Virus record (IMG/VR): IMGVR_UViG_3300008261_000001
Location: 226,180 to 290,179 of that record
Strand: one strand, 5' to 3'
DNA length: 64,000 nucleotides
Of the stretch, positions 8,060 to 17,016 are shown one piece after another (within the stretch, counting starts at the first letter, position 1; each line of letters starts with the position of its first letter). Both the position numbers and the translations under genes were made by a program. A model generated the notes under the pieces. It did no database searches. It was not told where the DNA came from and saw only the letters and a list, made by a program, of their open reading frames with translations.

Positions 8060-8716
8060 CTATAGAGCTTTAGGGGAGGGTACTAAGGGTATTAGCTTAT
8101 CAAAGCCCTTAAAAGCAGACTTGTGGGTTACATCATTACTTTTAATCAGTGTGTCGCTATAGTTATCAGAGTCGTTTAAGACGCTAACATCTGCAATACC
8201 ACAGATGTAAAAATCTAGTCCCTCCTTCATTACGATCACTTGAGGGTACTCGTGCTTTTTAGCCGTGATAGAAGGTTTCTTCAGCAAAGGATAGTCGTAC
8301 TGATCCCCCTCTTTAGACCCAGTCTTAACGCCTATGGATAAACCACCACGCTCTAGATCTGGACTGTCGAAGTCAGCAGACTCACCCACAGAGAAATCTA
8401 CCACCTCTCTGTGGTCTAACCCAAGATACACACAGACTGCTATCTCACCTAGCTTTCCTGTAGTATGCCTCTTCCTTATAGACCCACCATCGTTTTTGTA
8501 CCCACCCTCACCCCTCTTTTTCTCTATGATGGGTGAGACCATCTCGGATACATACTGTTCAATATCTTCTGTTAGGGTGATTTTTGGTTTATCCGACACA
8601 TATTTCCAAATAGTATGTGGGTTGTTTTGTGACCACCTTGATTTGTTTAGCCTCTCCGCCCAATCGCCATTCTTGTCCTCATCCCCCAAGCTCTCTAGAA
8701 TCTTATCTAAGCTCAC
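8060..8716 (-). CDS. Putative PD-(D/E)xK-fold nuclease
   Basis: GKLGEIAV...SPDL...IGVKT; GTG start with AGGAGG. Confidence 0.45.
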   Translation of the reverse strand: MSLDKILESLGDEDKNGDWAERLNKSRWSQNNPHTIWKYVSDKPKITLTEDIEQYVSEMVSPIIEKKRGEGGYKNDGGSIRKRHTTGKLGEIAVCVYLGLDHREVVDFSVGESADFDSPDLERGGLSIGVKTGSKEGDQYDYPLLKKPSITAKKHEYPQVIVMKEGLDFYICGIADVSVLNDSDNYSDTLIKSNDVTHKSAFKGFDKLIPLVPSPKAL

Positions 8717-8827
8717 GCTGACCTCCTTTGGTTTCTCGTAGTTATTATGGGATTTAGGTGCTTAATAATTTGTTTATATACCCACAAAACATTGTCCAAA
8801 TAACCCCAACAAGAGAGTATATAGAGT

Positions 8828-9211
8828 ATGCCCCTAGTCCATCAGCACATCGTTGTCCGCTCCCATGTCATGAAGCCTCCCATGAGCGAGGAGGAGACGA
8901 AGAACTGGCTCAAAGAGCTTATTTCTAAAATCGACATGAAGATCCTAAACGGTCCTCATGCGACTTATTTAGATAAAGAGGGTAATAGGGGTGTGACGGG
9001 CGTCTGCATTATCGAGACTTCTCACATTGCAATCCATGTGTGGGATGAGGAGTCTCCAGGTCTTATTCAGCTTGATGTGTACTCGTGTAAGGACTTCGAC
9101 AAAGAGGTGGTGTTCAAGCACTTTGAGTGCTTTGAGCCTGTCTCGACCGAGTGGTTCATGCTCGACCGCACCGACAAGTTATCCATTACGGACGACATAC
9201 AGAAGAAATGA
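8828..9211 (+). CDS. speD: S-adenosylmethionine decarboxylase proenzyme
   Basis: GVTGVCIIETSHIAIHVW..QLDVYSC (pyruvoyl-forming Ser, catalytic Cys). Confidence 0.88.
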   Translation: MPLVHQHIVVRSHVMKPPMSEEETKNWLKELISKIDMKILNGPHATYLDKEGNRGVTGVCIIETSHIAIHVWDEESPGLIQLDVYSCKDFDKEVVFKHFECFEPVSTEWFMLDRTDKLSITDDIQKK

Positions 9212-9873
9212 GCGATCCTCGTTGTGTGATAGGTGCGGATGTAAAGCTCATCGAGAAAACCCCTGAGGGTTGGATTCTCGATGGGGCTGTGTATGTATCG
9301 GATATATCCGATTGCATAATCATGCCCTCACCACACGACAGAAGGATAGTCTTGTCCGTATTGGAAAAGAAGCCCATGCCCTCTAAGCCCAATAAAGTTA
9401 TCCCTCCTCTACCCCCTTTACCACCTAGCTCTGTGGGTGTGGCTGAAGTACCCCCACCCCCTCCTCACTTAACGGAGTACCCCTTGTTAAGTGAGGAGAT
9501 TGTAGAAGTCGTACAAGACACCTTATTGGATAAGTTAGGGGACAAGTTAGGAGAGAATATGTGGGCAGTAGGTTTAGCCATAGGTTTTACGCTGTTAAAG
9601 AAGTTAATGACTCAACAAGGTCAACAAGCGAGCAAGGCTCAAGAGGAAATGGATAAAAAGTGCAAGGGGAGGCACTCAGACTCAGAGAGCTATAAGGCTG
9701 AGATGGAAGCTCGCATAAAGGAGCTTACTGAGCAACTGCAAGCGAGGGACTTAGAGCTTAAGGGGTTCGCTTCGAGGCAATCCCTTAGAGCTACAGACGA
9801 GAGGTTAAAAGCCTTGTATGAGGAGTTCCATAAGTTCAAGAAGGAACTGCTCTTAAACATAGACGAGGACTAG
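9208..9873 (+). CDS. Membrane-anchored coiled-coil protein (paralogue of 4992..5660)
   Basis: CVI..W.LDG...V.D.S.C domain, Pro-rich linker, GEN.W TM, coiled coil; ATGA overlap with speD. Confidence 0.6.
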   Translation: MSDPRCVIGADVKLIEKTPEGWILDGAVYVSDISDCIIMPSPHDRRIVLSVLEKKPMPSKPNKVIPPLPPLPPSSVGVAEVPPPPPHLTEYPLLSEEIVEVVQDTLLDKLGDKLGENMWAVGLAIGFTLLKKLMTQQGQQASKAQEEMDKKCKGRHSDSESYKAEMEARIKELTEQLQARDLELKGFASRQSLRATDERLKALYEEFHKFKKELLLNIDED

Positions 9874-9902
9874 CCTCAGTCCTCATCCCCTCAAGAGCCG
9901 TA

Positions 9903-10775
9903 TTAGTATCCAAAGTCCTCTGAGTTTTGGGAGATGACTTTCTCGATTTGGTCGATGTGCTTTTTAAGCACCACTACTGAAACACCACGAGCCTCTGCCC
10001 AATCGTTCTGGTTTTGGAAAGTCTCGTCTACCTTGTCACGATAGATTTGGTAGCGGATACCCCCCTGCTCTTCACCGAACTTTTGGTTGAGAAGGCGTTG
10101 GACATGGTTAGAGACCGATTCAGCTTCGGCTATCTTTTCAGCCTCGGTGGAGTAGTCGGCATAGAAGTAGTCGGTTTCCGTTTTTTCAGGGTTGTCCTCG
10201 TTGGTTCGGATAACCTGCTTGGCTGAGTTTTCCGATATGTAGGCGTAGCGTGAGCCTCGCTTACACTCTTGTTGGGTCTTACGACCGCGTTGGCGTTGAA
10301 GAGCGTCTTGCCCCTCCACCATGCTCGCCCGCCAGATGAACTGCTTAAAGTGGTAGAAGATGCTGTTAAAGGTGGGGTCTTTGCCCTTAACCAACATTGG
10401 AGAGAGGTTGTCTTTCTCACACAGAAAGACAACAAAGTCGTGGTAGTAGTCCTCAAGGTCTTGCATTGCAAATGCGGTAGTGCTGTCCCTTGCCCCATGA
10501 CGGAGGCAAAAGTCCTTGAGCTTCTCGTAGTTTACAGACTTGCCCCCAAAGAGCCAATTTTCAGTCGCGTTCGTCTTACGCTTTTGACCGAAAGCCTTTG
10601 GTCTCTTAACTTGAGATGTGACCTCATAAGATGCCACCTGTAAGAGCACATCCGACCAATGCTCTTCCTTGAGAGTCGCCCTTGAGATTTGAGCCTCCAC
10701 TTGAGCGATCTGCTCTTTCAGAGCGTCCGCTTGGGCGTAGAGGCGGGTAAGAGTATCCTTTAAATTTTTCAACAC
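9903..10775 (-). CDS. Divergent sigma70-like factor / HTH transcription regulator
   Basis: Region-2-like LEDYYHDF..F.S.F, C-terminal HTH QNDWAEARGVS. Confidence 0.5.
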   Translation of the reverse strand: MLKNLKDTLTRLYAQADALKEQIAQVEAQISRATLKEEHWSDVLLQVASYEVTSQVKRPKAFGQKRKTNATENWLFGGKSVNYEKLKDFCLRHGARDSTTAFAMQDLEDYYHDFVVFLCEKDNLSPMLVKGKDPTFNSIFYHFKQFIWRASMVEGQDALQRQRGRKTQQECKRGSRYAYISENSAKQVIRTNEDNPEKTETDYFYADYSTEAEKIAEAESVSNHVQRLLNQKFGEEQGGIRYQIYRDKVDETFQNQNDWAEARGVSVVVLKKHIDQIEKVISQNSEDFGY

Positions 10776-10840
10776 TATGGGTCTCCTCGTACAGAGGGTT
10801 AGGTGTGCCTTAAGGGTTAGTCACCAGGCACGGGAGTACA

Positions 10841-10869
10841 CATAGTAGGTACATCGAACATAAAAATCA
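10841..10869 (-). promoter_or_regulatory. Host sigma70-type promoter for 9903..10775
   Basis: TTGATT-17 bp-TACTAT on the minus strand. Confidence 0.55.
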
Positions 10870-11000
10870 AGTTCAAAATCAACCCCCCCAGAAAAAAGAT
10901 CGTAGAGGTGTGGGTGTGGGGGGGAGACTCGAAAAAGATTTTTTTTTGTTTATACCCCTGCTCTTGCAAACGAAACCGATCTGAGAAATGGATACTTATA

Positions 11001-12608
11001 ATGGATAAGCAACTACAACGAGTGGGCATGATGTTGGAGCTTAGTGGTCTAGCTGAGACCAACAAGCAAGCCTCAGAAATCTTAGGGCTGTTACGCAAGC
11101 AAGCTGGAGTAGACAAGTTCGCCATGATGCCGACGAAGTGGAAAGACTCAAAAAAGAGTTATCATGGCACGATACCCTTAGACTCTTTACAGGGTTATTT
11201 CGTTCAGATGTGGTGGGGTGCTTTAAAGAAGCTAGGTTTGACAACTCTTGAGTGTCCACCTACATCGGACATAAAGGTACTCAGTCGTGCTTTGGGTGCG
11301 TCCTCTTTGTTCGGTAAGCTCATTAAGAATCCGCTTCCAGATTCAGACCCTCGTAAAGTCCTTTGGGCTTCATTAAGGGAGGCTTGGAACAAGCACAGCA
11401 CGGATTTCGAAACCTCTTGGAACAGGATTTTCGAGAGAGCTTATAACGCCACGAACTACATCAGAGGGGATAAAAGGATACCTGACTCTGAAACACGAAC
11501 ACAGCTTGAGATGGAGCAAGCCTCTGCGGTGTTCGATAGGTACTTTAAGGGCAATAAACTTTACACATTTGTGCAGAGTCTGAACCTTAGTAATCCCGAG
11601 TCTGTTTTTGAGCAAGCCTCGGCATTGGTGGTTTCTAATATCGCTAATGGGAACCACTCTTCAAAGTCAGTCTCTACAAAGCCCACGGACTTTGAGGCTC
11701 CAGAGGGTGGTGAGGCTTACAACTTCAGTGCTGAGGATGCCTTTATTCCTTACGGTTACACAAGGGACAGTGGCAACACTCCACTTACTGATGCTCAACT
11801 ACAAACCAACCAACAGATTTTGGAGGAGGCGGAGAAGCAAGAGGATTGGGCCGAGCTTGTTCGTGATATGCAAAAGAACGATCCAGATTTCTACAAGGAC
11901 TTAATGGATATTGTATCCGAAACTGTAGAGATCAAGAGGTTGTCTCCTGAGGCGGTTTTATCCACAAAGATTACTACTCTAGCACAGATGGAGATCCTTG
12001 CTACGCTCATAGACGACTGCTTATCGGCAGAATCTAGGGATAGGATAAAGAGGTCTGCTCTTTCAAGCATCAAGGCAGGCACATACGCGATTCTCTATGC
12101 GTATCTTGTGATGGCAGGTTTCACTTTTAGCACTCGTGAAGGGGAGAGCGTCACCATTAAGTTATCTGGAAACCCCTTCTTGGTTAACTACAGATCTTTC
12201 CAAAGGGATGTGGCAGTACCGCTAAGGTTAGCGGATGACTTTGAGAGGGTGGTCTCACGCTTGTGGGGGCTCATTGAGAAGTACATACCCAAAAAGCTCT
12301 TTAAGGCGGACTTAGAGACCTTTAGCACACAGATGCAGAAACTTGTGTTCGGTGGTGTTCACCCTGGTGTTGCTTTCCCTGAGATCACCCTAAAGGACAG
12401 CCGTTGGTTCTTGGTTTCTTGTCTTAAAGAGTTCATTCGTTTGAGGATGATTCTTGAAATCTCGGACGAGGATGTTTTAGAGGAGTTCGAGCCAGAGATG
12501 GATGGGGATTTGTGTATTAAGGCTCTTAGGGCTATCACGATTGCTCCCACACAGATTGTAGAGGAAGCGAGATTAGCCCTCATTAGTAGTATCGAGAAGA
12601 GAAGGTAA
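11001..12608 (+). CDS. Large hypothetical protein
   Basis: Long ORF; start probably at ATG 11001; N-terminal KQAS/KQAG motifs. Confidence 0.6.
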   Translation: MDKQLQRVGMMLELSGLAETNKQASEILGLLRKQAGVDKFAMMPTKWKDSKKSYHGTIPLDSLQGYFVQMWWGALKKLGLTTLECPPTSDIKVLSRALGASSLFGKLIKNPLPDSDPRKVLWASLREAWNKHSTDFETSWNRIFERAYNATNYIRGDKRIPDSETRTQLEMEQASAVFDRYFKGNKLYTFVQSLNLSNPESVFEQASALVVSNIANGNHSSKSVSTKPTDFEAPEGGEAYNFSAEDAFIPYGYTRDSGNTPLTDAQLQTNQQILEEAEKQEDWAELVRDMQKNDPDFYKDLMDIVSETVEIKRLSPEAVLSTKITTLAQMEILATLIDDCLSAESRDRIKRSALSSIKAGTYAILYAYLVMAGFTFSTREGESVTIKLSGNPFLVNYRSFQRDVAVPLRLADDFERVVSRLWGLIEKYIPKKLFKADLETFSTQMQKLVFGGVHPGVAFPEITLKDSRWFLVSCLKEFIRLRMILEISDEDVLEEFEPEMDGDLCIKALRAITIAPTQIVEEARLALISSIEKRR

Positions 12609-12676
12609 AATCCCTTATCTATTTATGATGACACCCATGTAGAGAAAACACACTCTTCGTGGAGTGACATCATATT

Positions 12677-13717
12677 ATGAGTAAAGACTTACAGATCGCA
12701 TATGCGTGTCCGCATTTGATACGATATGAAAGAGTTTCTTTGGACAGCGGTCGGTTTGTATCTGCCTCTAGTCCCATAGAGGGGGATAACCTACTTGTTC
12801 TTAGACGAGATGGTGTCGAACTGCCCGCTGAGGGACTCTTTAGGGAAGCATTTATCCAATGCCCTCTCAAAGGTCCTTATCGGATAAAGACGGATAAGAA
12901 CTCTCTTACGCTTGTCTTGGAGGGTGGTGCTACATATCAGGTGTCTATCCCACCTAAGATTTACAGCACTACGGCACTCGTGACTTTACTTAATGGAAAG
13001 TTCGGTGAGATTTCTGTTTTGGAGGATAACTTATCGGTTCGTTTTACGGATGAGCAAAGGGGTGTTGGTTTTAGTCTTTATGGGACAGCGATGGAGAGCT
13101 TGGGTTTTGTGGTATCCAAAGTCAGAGCAAAGCCTTTACGCCTAACGCCCTCTTGGAAACTGCGGAAAAGCACAACTGGGGGTTATTTAGTAGCTTTCGA
13201 TAAGCCTCTCGATCCGGAGGGCTTATTAGATGTCACCTATACGACCACAAAGAGCGAATGTCGTAGGTGCAACGCCACTGGGGTGGAGAACGACATAAGG
13301 TTCTCTATGGATGGTGATTTATCCACAATAGAGGGTTATGACTTATTGTATCAGAACATAGCAAAGACGCTTTTGACCATACAAGGGAGCAATCCTTATC
13401 ACGAGTGGTATGGGTCGAACGCTGTAGGTTTGGTGGGTAAGAAGTCCACCACTGCTTTACCTTCTCTGATCCGACAGAGCGTTAAAGAGGCATTGGATAG
13501 ATTTCAGGGTCTTCAGCGAGAGCAGGCGAAGTTACAGAGGGTATCTAATGAGGAACGCTTATTGAGCGTAGACAGCGTGACGGTGGAACGCATAGGGTCA
13601 GATGAGACATCTGTCTTGTGTACGGTCGTCGTTCGGGCGGCAAGTGGTTCGCCCGTTAACATAAACATTGTGTTTGCTGTACCTGGCAGTATTCCACTTG
13701 ATGGAGATCTAAGATGA
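12677..13717 (+). CDS. Baseplate wedge protein with C-terminal gp25-like domain
   Basis: LYQNIAKTLLTIQGSNPYHEWYGS is gp25-like; precedes baseplate J. Confidence 0.75.
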   Translation: MSKDLQIAYACPHLIRYERVSLDSGRFVSASSPIEGDNLLVLRRDGVELPAEGLFREAFIQCPLKGPYRIKTDKNSLTLVLEGGATYQVSIPPKIYSTTALVTLLNGKFGEISVLEDNLSVRFTDEQRGVGFSLYGTAMESLGFVVSKVRAKPLRLTPSWKLRKSTTGGYLVAFDKPLDPEGLLDVTYTTTKSECRRCNATGVENDIRFSMDGDLSTIEGYDLLYQNIAKTLLTIQGSNPYHEWYGSNAVGLVGKKSTTALPSLIRQSVKEALDRFQGLQREQAKLQRVSNEERLLSVDSVTVERIGSDETSVLCTVVVRAASGSPVNINIVFAVPGSIPLDGDLR

Positions 13718-16700
13718 GCCTTTTTGAAATAATCAAACCTGATGGGGTTAAGACTTCCAATCCCTCTGTCGTTTACTCTACTCTCAAAGACGAAGTGACC
13801 ATTAGGGGTAACATCGAGGGATACACGAGTATCGTCATAACTTTTAATGGAACCACCTACACTTCCACCGGTATAGACTCAGATATAAGCATATTGGATA
13901 ACTCTTGGTTATTCCCATCTGTTGGTGGTATAGACATCACTCAAGGTACGAACTCTTTTGAGATAGTAGCCTCAGGTGTGGGTTTATCCAATAAGTCCAT
14001 ACGGCTAGACATAGTATCTCCAGAGAACGAGCAGATATCTCCACCTGCTCCACCCACGAACATCAGAGTTTCTCGTCTCCAAAACGCTGTAGAGATTTCT
14101 TTTAACCACTCGGACACATCCGTGAGCTATTACAATGTGTATGGCTCATCAGCAAGTGGTGGGGGTCTTAATGGATACTTTTTGGTAAACGCGGTTCCTT
14201 TAGATCCAGTGACTTACGGTGTGCGTGTTGAGCAGTCTACAACACTTGGTGACTTGAGTGTGGATTTGAGTCCACAAGATGCCGACCCTTTATTTGTGGG
14301 GGTGCAGGCGTTGCAGAGTTCTAGTTCTCAAACCTTATCTACTACTAGCTTGGGGGATATTGAGATTCCAGAGGGTGCTATAAGGGTGAGGGTTACCTCT
14401 GTGGTTTCTTCTCTAACTCTTAATGAGACAGTTAAGTTTAAGCACTCTAGGACAGCCACCCCCAACTCACAACCACCGACCTATCAGATAGGTGAGTTCT
14501 CGACCTTACCCGCGACTACTCCCATTTATTATGTGGTCACAGCAGTTAAAGTGGCTGACGATGTTGAGATAGAGTCCTCTTACAGCATAGAAGTGGCAGG
14601 ACAGCCCATAGAGGTTCAATCCACCAATCTGAGCCTCCCCAATGTATCGGATAACGACATCACAACGAGTCTTATCCAATCAATCTACGCGGCGGACGAG
14701 GATGCGAGCGTTCAAGCTGGGTCTGCCATCCGAGACTTGATGATAGACCCTATGGTGTCTGAGCTATCTAGGGTGCGTTTTGTGTTGGACTACACCTATC
14801 GAGCCACGAGCTTTTTGAGCCTATTACGGATAGACGACCCCTTAAACACAGGTGCTTCCATTTCTGTGTCTGCGAGTTCTTACAAGCTCGCTCTGAAAGA
14901 CGCTTTGTTTTTACAAACGGATGCTCAGACACAGAACCTCATAGACTCTTCCTTTGACCGACTTGCCTCTAACTTTGGCTTGTCCCGCAGAATAGGCGTA
15001 AAGGCGAGGGGAGAGGTGGTGTTTTATGTTTCCGCTAAACCCACCTACACTATATCAGTTCCTCTAGGGACAGTTCTGACAGGCGGTGGAGTTTCCTTTA
15101 AGACGACTGAAACGGATAGCTTTAGTCCAGAGAACGCATCGAGCCTCTACAACCCTATCCGTAAACGATATGAGCTTACTTTACAAATAGAGGCGATAAA
15201 TGAGGGTTCAAGCGGAAATGTAACGAGCGGTCAGATCACACAAGGTGCTCCAGCAGGGTTGAGGGTTTCCAATACCGCACCAACTTTTGGGGGACAAGAC
15301 ACAGAGAGCAATAGTGATCTGTCCGCAAGAGCTTTGGGTTATTTATCTTCTGTGGATGTCGGCACTCGTAATGGATACTATCGCGTAGCACGAGAGACAG
15401 CAGGTGTATCCTCCGTCCTCATTATTGACGCAGACAGCCCCTACATGGTCAGAGATGATGGGATCGGTGGCAAAGTGGATGTGTGGGTAAGGGGTGAGAG
15501 CATAGCGAGTGTCACCGATGTGTACGCCCCCACCTACAAAACCAAACGCGGTGCTAGGTTCTTGCCCCTCATTAGCGAGGGGGCTTACATCTTCAAAGTG
15601 GCAGACATCTCGTCCCCCTCTATCTTTGAAATGATCGACAGAGAGGACTTGGGTCTTGGACTCCGTAACGCCACCACAAATGAGTTCTTCGACTTATCCA
15701 ATGTGGTCATATCTAATGGGAATACAATCACATTGGATAGTTCGATAGTACAGCCCTCTTATGTGTTTGGGGATGTGATACTAGGTGACTATAGGTCTAG
15801 CACCTCGGCAAATATCGTCTTAGATAGACAGCCTGTAAGAGAAGTCTTATCCGTGGCGAAAGAAGATGGGACACTCTTGGGTTTTGAGTTTGTTAAAGCT
15901 GAAGACCCCTTGAGGCTTGGGCAGTCAACTAGAGCTTCCGATTATGTGGTGGTGACGAATGATGGTTTGGATAAGTTTAAAGAAGTCTCCCAAGAGTCTC
16001 ATACGCTCATAGGATTTTACGGAGACCGTTTAGCCTATTTGGGTGTCGATGTGAACAGCATAGTGGTGACGAACACATCGGGTGTTGTGTTCGATAGCCC
16101 TCTCGACCCAAGTGTTTCCCAACCCCATTATGAGATCATCTCAGAAGTCGATCAGGTTTCTATACGCAGAACGAGCGTCAGTGGCGGTATAGCAGATGGG
16201 CAGATAGTGCTAGTCTCTTATCGTTACATAGAGAATATCACCATCACCTACAAGACGAACCTCGTTTTATCCAATCTACAATCAAACCTAGATGCGAATA
16301 AGCACTTAGGGGCGGATGTATTGGCTAAAGAGGTTTCTCCAGTATTTGTGGACATCAAAGCTGTGGTGGTCTTAGAGCGGGGTACACCCATCTCCACAGC
16401 GGACTCCCTCATACGCAACAACTTATCCAATCTTATCTTAGGGCAAGTACTCGGTGGGACGCTGAGAGTCTCAGATGTCATTAGGGAGATAGATAGCAGT
16501 ACAGGCGTTAGCTATGTCATCATGCCTCTCACACAACTCGCTCTACAGCAAGGGTCTAGTGTACTAAGAGAAGAAATCTTAGTGGGTTCTCTCCGAAACA
16601 TCACCCAACTTAACAACCCAACACATAACTTATGGTTATTGGATAGCCCTTTATCCAATGTGGTGGGGGTCGGAGGGGGTGCGACCGCTCGTGTGTTTTT

Positions 16701-17016
16701 AGATGGAGCGGAGATACCCCTCTTGAGCGTCTCACAGAGGGGACTCAAATCAAATTGGATAACCACGAGTGCATCGCTCATAGGTTTGGAGGGGTTGAGT
16801 GTTTACGACTCAACTATCTCTGCGTATGTGAACATAACAGCGAGCCAAAATAAGGTTTTGTTGTGTTTGCCTATAGGCGATCACCCTAGCAATCATCTTC
16901 TGAGTGCCAACTACACAACTGGAGACTCCACAGGTGTGGTGTCGGACATAGTGGTGAACGAGTTTTCTTATTTACAAGTGGGCGACTTGAGCTTTACTTA
17001 CGAGGAGGAACGATGA
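13714..17016 (+). CDS. Baseplate J-like wedge protein with Ig/FN3 insertions
   Basis: GSAIRDL, A.GEV.F, VPLGT, GSSGNV, GGQDTES..L..R, GKVDVW, LRVSDVI. Confidence 0.85.
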   Translation: MSLFEIIKPDGVKTSNPSVVYSTLKDEVTIRGNIEGYTSIVITFNGTTYTSTGIDSDISILDNSWLFPSVGGIDITQGTNSFEIVASGVGLSNKSIRLDIVSPENEQISPPAPPTNIRVSRLQNAVEISFNHSDTSVSYYNVYGSSASGGGLNGYFLVNAVPLDPVTYGVRVEQSTTLGDLSVDLSPQDADPLFVGVQALQSSSSQTLSTTSLGDIEIPEGAIRVRVTSVVSSLTLNETVKFKHSRTATPNSQPPTYQIGEFSTLPATTPIYYVVTAVKVADDVEIESSYSIEVAGQPIEVQSTNLSLPNVSDNDITTSLIQSIYAADEDASVQAGSAIRDLMIDPMVSELSRVRFVLDYTYRATSFLSLLRIDDPLNTGASISVSASSYKLALKDALFLQTDAQTQNLIDSSFDRLASNFGLSRRIGVKARGEVVFYVSAKPTYTISVPLGTVLTGGGVSFKTTETDSFSPENASSLYNPIRKRYELTLQIEAINEGSSGNVTSGQITQGAPAGLRVSNTAPTFGGQDTESNSDLSARALGYLSSVDVGTRNGYYRVARETAGVSSVLIIDADSPYMVRDDGIGGKVDVWVRGESIASVTDVYAPTYKTKRGARFLPLISEGAYIFKVADISSPSIFEMIDREDLGLGLRNATTNEFFDLSNVVISNGNTITLDSSIVQPSYVFGDVILGDYRSSTSANIVLDRQPVREVLSVAKEDGTLLGFEFVKAEDPLRLGQSTRASDYVVVTNDGLDKFKEVSQESHTLIGFYGDRLAYLGVDVNSIVVTNTSGVVFDSPLDPSVSQPHYEIISEVDQVSIRRTSVSGGIADGQIVLVSYRYIENITITYKTNLVLSNLQSNLDANKHLGADVLAKEVSPVFVDIKAVVVLERGTPISTADSLIRNNLSNLILGQVLGGTLRVSDVIREIDSSTGVSYVIMPLTQLALQQGSSVLREEILVGSLRNITQLNNPTHNLWLLDSPLSNVVGVGGGATARVFLDGAEIPLLSVSQRGLKSNWITTSASLIGLEGLSVYDSTISAYVNITASQNKVLLCLPIGDHPSNHLLSANYTTGDSTGVVSDIVVNEFSYLQVGDLSFTYEEER

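Noticed and set aside
10880-10950. C7/G7 and T-run tract as a replication origin or phase-variable switch
   Set aside because: Homopolymers in a divergent promoter region with no iterons or other support.
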